64,000 bases of DNA from Gammaproteobacteria bacterium (GTDB taxonomy: Bacteria; Pseudomonadota; Gammaproteobacteria; Eutrophobiales; Eutrophobiaceae). The notes beneath the pieces are model-generated. The model searched no databases and had not been told where the DNA came from. It saw nothing but the letters and a program-made list of their open reading frames with translations. The stretch spans positions 416,001 through 480,000 of the forward strand of contig CBDCDS010000003.1 in assembly GCA_965215365.1 (NCBI GenBank), given 5' to 3'. Below are positions 58,890 through 64,000 of this stretch, piece after piece. How positions within the stretch are numbered: position 1 is the stretch's first letter; every line of letters begins with the position of its first letter. A program made the position numbers and the translations under genes.

Positions 58890-61583
58890 GCTTCAATGAG
58901 GCCGCAGCATCGATGCTGCGGAATATGCAAGGAGATTATCTGCGACACTGACGCGCTGCTAGTGCTTCAATGAGGCCGCAGCATCGATGCTGCGGAATAT
59001 GTCCAGTACGACAGACAAGCAGACTTTCAAAGATTCTGCTTCAATGAGGCCGCAGCATCGATGCTGCGGAATATGCCGGGGATAGAGGGATCACGCCAAA
59101 GGCCAGTGTAGCTTCAATGAGGCCGCAGCATCGATGCTGCGGAATATGGGCTTTCGGCGATTTGTCTGGTGCGGATATTATATGCTTCAATGAGGCCGCA
59201 GCATCGATGCTGCGGAATATCAGGCCTGTACATTGCACGATGCAAGAGAACCGCAGCTTCAATGAGGCCGCAGCATCGATGCTGCGGAATATGTGGCAAT
59301 GAGCGTGGAGATGATGATTAAAAAGATATGCTTCAATGAGGCCGCAGCATCGATGCTGCGGAATATGAAGTAGCTTATGTTAAAGGTAAGTTGGACGGGG
59401 TACTTGCTTCAATGAGGCCGCAGCATCGATGCTGCGGAATATTCCACTCTGGCGAAACGCTGGTTACATGCGCATATGGCTTCAATGAGGCCGCAGCATC
59501 GATGCTGCGGAATATCACAAATAACAGCAATATCCGGTCAGCGATGCCGGGTTGCTTCAATGAGGCCGCAGCATCGATGCTGCGGAATATTTTACCGCTG
59601 ATCCCCTGACCGAGTCACAGCGGAACGCTTCAATGAGGCCGCAGCATCGATGCTGCGGAATATCAGTCATGGCAGTCTCTCAGAGTTAGCTCCTGGCAAG
59701 CTTCAATGAGGCCGCAGCATCGATGCTGCGGAATATATATTTTACGCCTAAGTTTCGCGCCAAAACAAAATCGGCTTCAATGAGGCCGCAGCATCGATGC
59801 TGCGGAATATCACATCGACTGGCTGAACCGTTGGATCGTTCGTGGGCTTCAATGAGGCCGCAGCATCGATGCTGCGGAATATAACTGCTAATCTCATCAT
59901 GCGCGTTAAGCACTTCGCCGCTTCAATGAGGCCGCAGCATCGATGCTGCGGAATATATGCGCCGGATAGCGATGATAATGCACCGACCGATCCGCTTCAA
60001 TGAGGCCGCAGCATCGATGCTGCGGAATATGACGCTGACCTAGCCGGCGCCAACTTGGTCGGCGCGCTTCAATGAGGCCGCAGCATCGATGCTGCGGAAT
60101 ATCAGCGCGACTCGGCTAGCGAGTAATCGAATCCAGCGCTGCTTCAATGAGGCCGCAGCATCGATGCTGCGGAATATAACAGTAGTTCTGGATTATGTTT
60201 TTTTTACTTATAAGCTTCAATGAGGCCGCAGCATCGATGCTGCGGAATATGCTGCGATCATTGAGGACGGCGCCTCAGTTGATCGGCTTCAATGAGGCCG
60301 CAGCATCGATGCTGCGGAATATACGTCAAAGTAACAGTCACGATTAATCACCGTCCACTTGCTTCAATGAGGCCGCAGCATCGATGCTGCGGAATATTCC
60401 GAGGCCGGGGGATCTGGTCTATTACGACCGCACGCTTCAATGAGGCCGCAGCATCGATGCTGCGGAATATGTCCGACAGGCAAATCGGCGCCGACAAAAG
60501 CAGGCAGCTTCAATGAGGCCGCAGCATCGATGCTGCGGAATATGAAGTGATGCCCCGAATCTTCGTAAGTGATTTTTATAGCTTCAATGAGGCCGCAGCA
60601 TCGATGCTGCGGAATATAGTCGCGGACTGGCTAGCAGGACTTGGCGTTACGGATGCTTCAATGAGGCCGCAGCATCGATGCTGCGGAATATCATCGCTTT
60701 CAACACGCTCCGTCGTCGGCTTAAATTGCTTCAATGAGGCCGCAGCATCGATGCTGCGGAATATCCTGAATTGCCCGCCTGACGTGCCTTACACTGCCAC
60801 AGCTTCAATGAGGCCGCAGCATCGATGCTGCGGAATATGTCAGCAGACCGATTAATTTTGACAATCCTGAAAACGCTTCAATGAGGCCGCAGCATCGATG
60901 CTGCGGAATATCTATCGCGCGCAACAATCCGCCAATATCGCCAGGACCGGCTTCAATGAGGCCGCAGCATCGATGCTGCGGAATATGTGTAACTGGTTTA
61001 TCAGCGCTACCCATCCGGGTCCGCCGCTTCAATGAGGCCGCAGCATCGATGCTGCGGAATATTTGGTGCCATGATGGAATGTGTCAGGATGGAAGGTGCG
61101 CTTCAATGAGGCCGCAGCATCGATGCTGCGGAATATAACAGCAAGCCATCGAATTACAAGAACCCGTAACCCGCGCTTCAATGAGGCCGCAGCATCGATG
61201 CTGCGGAATATCGGCGTTCCGCGCTGAATCTTGTTTAGCCATACTCTCATGCTTCAATGAGGCCGCAGCATCGATGCTGCGGAATATACCATTACGGGAG
61301 CTGCATTCACTTGCACCGTTTCCGAGCTTCAATGAGGCCGCAGCATCGATGCTGCGGAATATACTCCACAGCAGCCCCGGCAACCACCCAGTAGGTGCCG
61401 CTTCAATGAGGCCGCAGCATCGATGCTGCGGAATATCCGAGATAAGCGCACTGTCATAGTCGGGAATCTCAAGCTTCAATGAGGCCGCAGCATCGATGCT
61501 GCGGAATATAAGGCGCCAATCTGAGCGGCGCCGACCTGAGCGCCGCGCTTCAATGAGGCCGCAGCATCGATGCTGCGGAATAT
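58890..61583 (-). CRISPR. CRISPR array with 37 identical 37-bp repeats (ATATTCCGCAGCATCGATGCTGCGGCCTCATTGAAGC) and 36 spacers of ~35-39 bp; type I-G-like
   Basis: Counted directly. The CCTCATTGAAGC 3' end and adjacency to the cas4/1 fusion support type I-G. Confidence 0.98.
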
Positions 61584-61787
61584 ACGCTGTTCATAACCTG
61601 TTGATTCACAAAAGGTATGGAGTACCATTTCGAGAGGTTTCGATAAATCATAAACCGGCTCCGTTACAGCTCTGTCCCAAGCGGATGTTATTGCTTATAA
61701 GCATTTATTGTTAAAGAACATTTTACCATTCGAGAACTGCCCGGGGAAGCGGTGACCACTCCAGCACTCGTTCGGCGCAGGCGGCGT
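61584..61787 (-). promoter_or_regulatory. CRISPR leader
   Basis: AT-richer non-coding stretch between cas2 and the first repeat. Confidence 0.75.
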
Positions 61788-62078
61788 TCAGACAACGATG
61801 GGTTCTTTCTGCACCGCTTGAAACTCCTTGCCCAGACTTACAACCTTGGGCTTCACCATATCCGCCTGACCCAGGTCCACAAGTATAACATGGTCTTCCT
61901 TATGGTGGATTATTTCATCCAGCGTGGCGACCAGTTCTGCATGACGCAAGCGCGACAGCCGGCATTGGAAGACGGAAAGCTGCAACCATTCTCCGTAGCC
62001 GTGCAGCAGCCTGAATATCTTGCGCCATCTTTTCTGGTCGGCAATGTCGTAGGCGATGATGTATAAATGTTCATCCAC
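61788..62078 (-). CDS. cas2: CRISPR-associated Cas2
   Basis: [24 protein letters not shown]. Confidence 0.95.
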   Translation of the reverse strand: MDEHLYIIAYDIADQKRWRKIFRLLHGYGEWLQLSVFQCRLSRLRHAELVATLDEIIHHKEDHVILVDLGQADMVKPKVVSLGKEFQAVQKEPIVV

Positions 62079-62083
62079 GATGC

Positions 62084-62185
62084 TAACCCGCAGATCTCAC
62101 CAAGTCGCTTGTTGCCTTGTGAAACATGATGGTTCTCAATAGGTCCGGCGCGATCTTCGCATCACTGGGTGAGATCTGCGGGCTA
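62084..62185. mobile_element. Complete 102-bp MITE between cas1 and cas2
   Basis: TAACCCGCAGATCTCACC...GGTGAGATCTGCGGGCTA, with (C)TA on both sides. Confidence 0.88.
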
Positions 62186-63901
62186 TCTCGTCGTGAATTG
62201 CGGAAACTCGATCAATTCGCCGAGAAGAAACCGGCCCAGCAATCGGGCCTGTACCTCGAACAAGCGGCGATAGCTGATCTTGTAACCGAACAGGGGATGG
62301 GTAATCTCCTGACTCAGCCGGCGTTCATAGGCGCTGATGAAGCGCTTTCTTCCATCCGGCGTCAGGTTGACGCTACCGGCAGCGTATTTGAAATCGTCGG
62401 GGCTTACCTCGCCGTTGTTGATTGCCATCAGCACCGTAGAGTCGGCCACCAGCGGCCTGAACGGTTCCATCATGTCCAGCGACAGGGCCGGACGGCCGTA
62501 GCGTGGTTGATGGAAAAACCCACAATACACGTCAAAACCGACGGCGCTCAGGGTCACCGTCCAGGTGCGGGTCAGCAGACTGTAAGCGTAAGAAAGCAAA
62601 GCATTGATGGGGTCTGTCGGTGGGCGGCGGTTGCGTTTATGGAACTGAAAGGCAAACTCATCCGGGTTTTTTCTCTGTGCAAGCAGGTTTTGAAAGGCGC
62701 TGAAATACCGGCTTGCCGCATTGCCTTCAACGCCCAGCAACTCAGGCATGGACGCGACCCGGCGGGTGCGCTCGGCGTCACGTCTGAACAAGGCGGAAAG
62801 GTTCCCCGGACGCTCCCCGCGTTTCCAATTCCTGCGCATGATAGTGTGAGAATTGAGAATCTTGGCGCGCACCAACCCCTTCGATAACGACAGACAGATT
62901 TGTTCATCGAAACTGGCTTTGAATTGCGCGATGCGTAGTTCAACGTTTTTGTGCCCGGTGCCGACGGTATGTCCCAGAAACCAACCGCCGTAAGAATGCC
63001 AGGTTATCGGTATGCCCCGGCGCATCAATTCATGCAAGCTGGGAGTAGTCAGGTAAACGTTTCCCATCAGCGCCAGTTGTGAAACTTCCGCCAGACGCGC
63101 CCTGCGCACTTTTTTATCCTCAACTGAAATCTCCAGGGTTTCCCCTACTTTCGCGACCTTGGCCTTGTTGGCCTGCACATAAACAGGCAGCGCATCATCA
63201 CGCGCAACGCTCAATGGCCTGGGTGGTGTTTGCGCATGTTTCAGGAAATTTACCTCATCGGGTAGACAGATGCCGACCAGGGAACAACGCGGGCATTTCG
63301 GGCTGTCTTCCAGTGGCGGCGGCATCTGCCCGCCGGCGGCGATGAGGCGTAGCCCGGATACTGCTGACAGGGTCTGTGCTTTCAATTCCTCGTCGAAGAC
63401 CACGCGCACCCGCTCCCTAGACTCTGCGTAATACAAGATACCCTCATCGCACTGGTAGCCGTGTTCCGCCAGCAACATGCCTTGCAGACACAGTTGCACC
63501 CGTTCCGGGCTGTATGCACCCCGGGCCACATGGGGACGCTTGCCCTTTTTGTAGTCCACGGGCTTGACCTGATTCCCTTCCCCTTCCACCAGATCCAGTT
63601 TTGCGATAACCCCGAGCTTGACGGATGATAGCGTGATGGAACGCGCGTGAAATGTGTCTTCAGCTTCCGTAGCGTCTGGCTCCGGCAGTTTCCCTCCCGG
63701 CTTATCAACGCGGCGGTGTTGATATTTGCCCTGCACCGTATCGAAGGAATCCGCCCACTCCCCCTGCACCCACTCTAGGTACGCAAGCCGGGGGCAATAT
63801 TCAAATTCATTGACCATGCGCGCCGGCAACAGCGGCATATCGGCATCAAAGACCGGCAACGGCAGGGGTAATTCCTGCTGAATGATCTGTTCAGGTATCA
63901 T
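62183..63901 (-). CDS. cas4/cas1: Cas4/Cas1 fusion (type I-G)
   Basis: YCPR..LDLVE..VDYKKG..CPRCSLVGIC (Cas4); GVEGNAA, NALLSYAY, GFFH, LDMMEPFRP (Cas1). Confidence 0.95.
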   Translation of the reverse strand: MIPEQIIQQELPLPLPVFDADMPLLPARMVNEFEYCPRLAYLEWVQGEWADSFDTVQGKYQHRRVDKPGGKLPEPDATEAEDTFHARSITLSSVKLGVIAKLDLVEGEGNQVKPVDYKKGKRPHVARGAYSPERVQLCLQGMLLAEHGYQCDEGILYYAESRERVRVVFDEELKAQTLSAVSGLRLIAAGGQMPPPLEDSPKCPRCSLVGICLPDEVNFLKHAQTPPRPLSVARDDALPVYVQANKAKVAKVGETLEISVEDKKVRRARLAEVSQLALMGNVYLTTPSLHELMRRGIPITWHSYGGWFLGHTVGTGHKNVELRIAQFKASFDEQICLSLSKGLVRAKILNSHTIMRRNWKRGERPGNLSALFRRDAERTRRVASMPELLGVEGNAASRYFSAFQNLLAQRKNPDEFAFQFHKRNRRPPTDPINALLSYAYSLLTRTWTVTLSAVGFDVYCGFFHQPRYGRPALSLDMMEPFRPLVADSTVLMAINNGEVSPDDFKYAAGSVNLTPDGRKRFISAYERRLSQEITHPLFGYKISYRRLFEVQARLLGRFLLGELIEFPQFTTR

Positions 63902-63946
63902 CGCTCAGGCGCCGCCGGGCGGGTTCGAGGGGCGCGGGCGCGCCGG

Positions 63947-64000
63947 TCAGACCTTGAACCCGATTGCCTTGGCCACCGAACGCTGTCGCTTATCCAGCGT
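63947..64000 (-). CDS. 3' end of a probable PIN-domain (VapC-like) protein
   Basis: TLDKRQRSVAKAIGFKV* resembles the TxD..A...G C-terminus of PIN proteins. Only 17 residues are visible. Confidence 0.45.
   Translation of the reverse strand, partial: TLDKRQRSVAKAIGFKV

Noticed and set aside
58850-58948. Extended N-terminus of the SAM hydrolase ORF reaching into the array
   Set aside because: Family homology begins at MIALFTDYG (58849); the extension is repeat and spacer sequence.
58927-61546. Self-targeting spacers within the window
   Set aside because: I saw no match by eye, including to the pentapeptide fragment at 57767-58033. An exhaustive search was not possible.
59041-61714. Many short ORFs with PQHRCCG / RSIDAAASL repeats
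   Set aside because: They are translations of the CRISPR repeats, not genes.

Overview
This is a ~60% GC chromosomal window from a gammaproteobacterium. Eukaryote-like and adhesin proteins (a spondin autotransporter, an RTX protein, TPR-TonB) suggest a host-associated marine lineage, but that is inference. The backbone is housekeeping blocks: tkt-gap-pgk-pyk-fba, purC/glnS, ubiH/I-pepP, zapA-6S RNA, ilvA/rpiA, a Fur-boxed iron uptake cluster, hemA-prfA-prmC-moeB and secA-argJ-mutT/thiE. It is interrupted at gene boundaries by small accessory inserts: collapsed type I R-M fragments, an AAA ATPase, a GmrSD-like gene, a Schlafen/HATPase protein with a large VNTR, adhesins, a glycine-rich-domain gene and a pentapeptide fragment. 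The window ends in a type I-G CRISPR adaptation module (cas4/1 fusion, cas2, 37 repeats, 36 spacers). Most notable structures: (1) a dispersed MITE family with RCCCGCAKATCTCACC ends that sits on TAA/TAG stop codons, regenerates them, and brackets multi-kb cargo; (2) a probable ATT start of transketolase whose promoter/RBS is duplicated around a 1.84 kb eroded R-M island; (3) a 4x123 bp hairpin array whose flanking 9-mers differ from its internal junction 9-mers; (4) an in-frame UbiH-UbiI fusion; (5) CRISPR spacers that encode pentapeptide repeats. All family calls come from motif recognition by eye, not from database searches.
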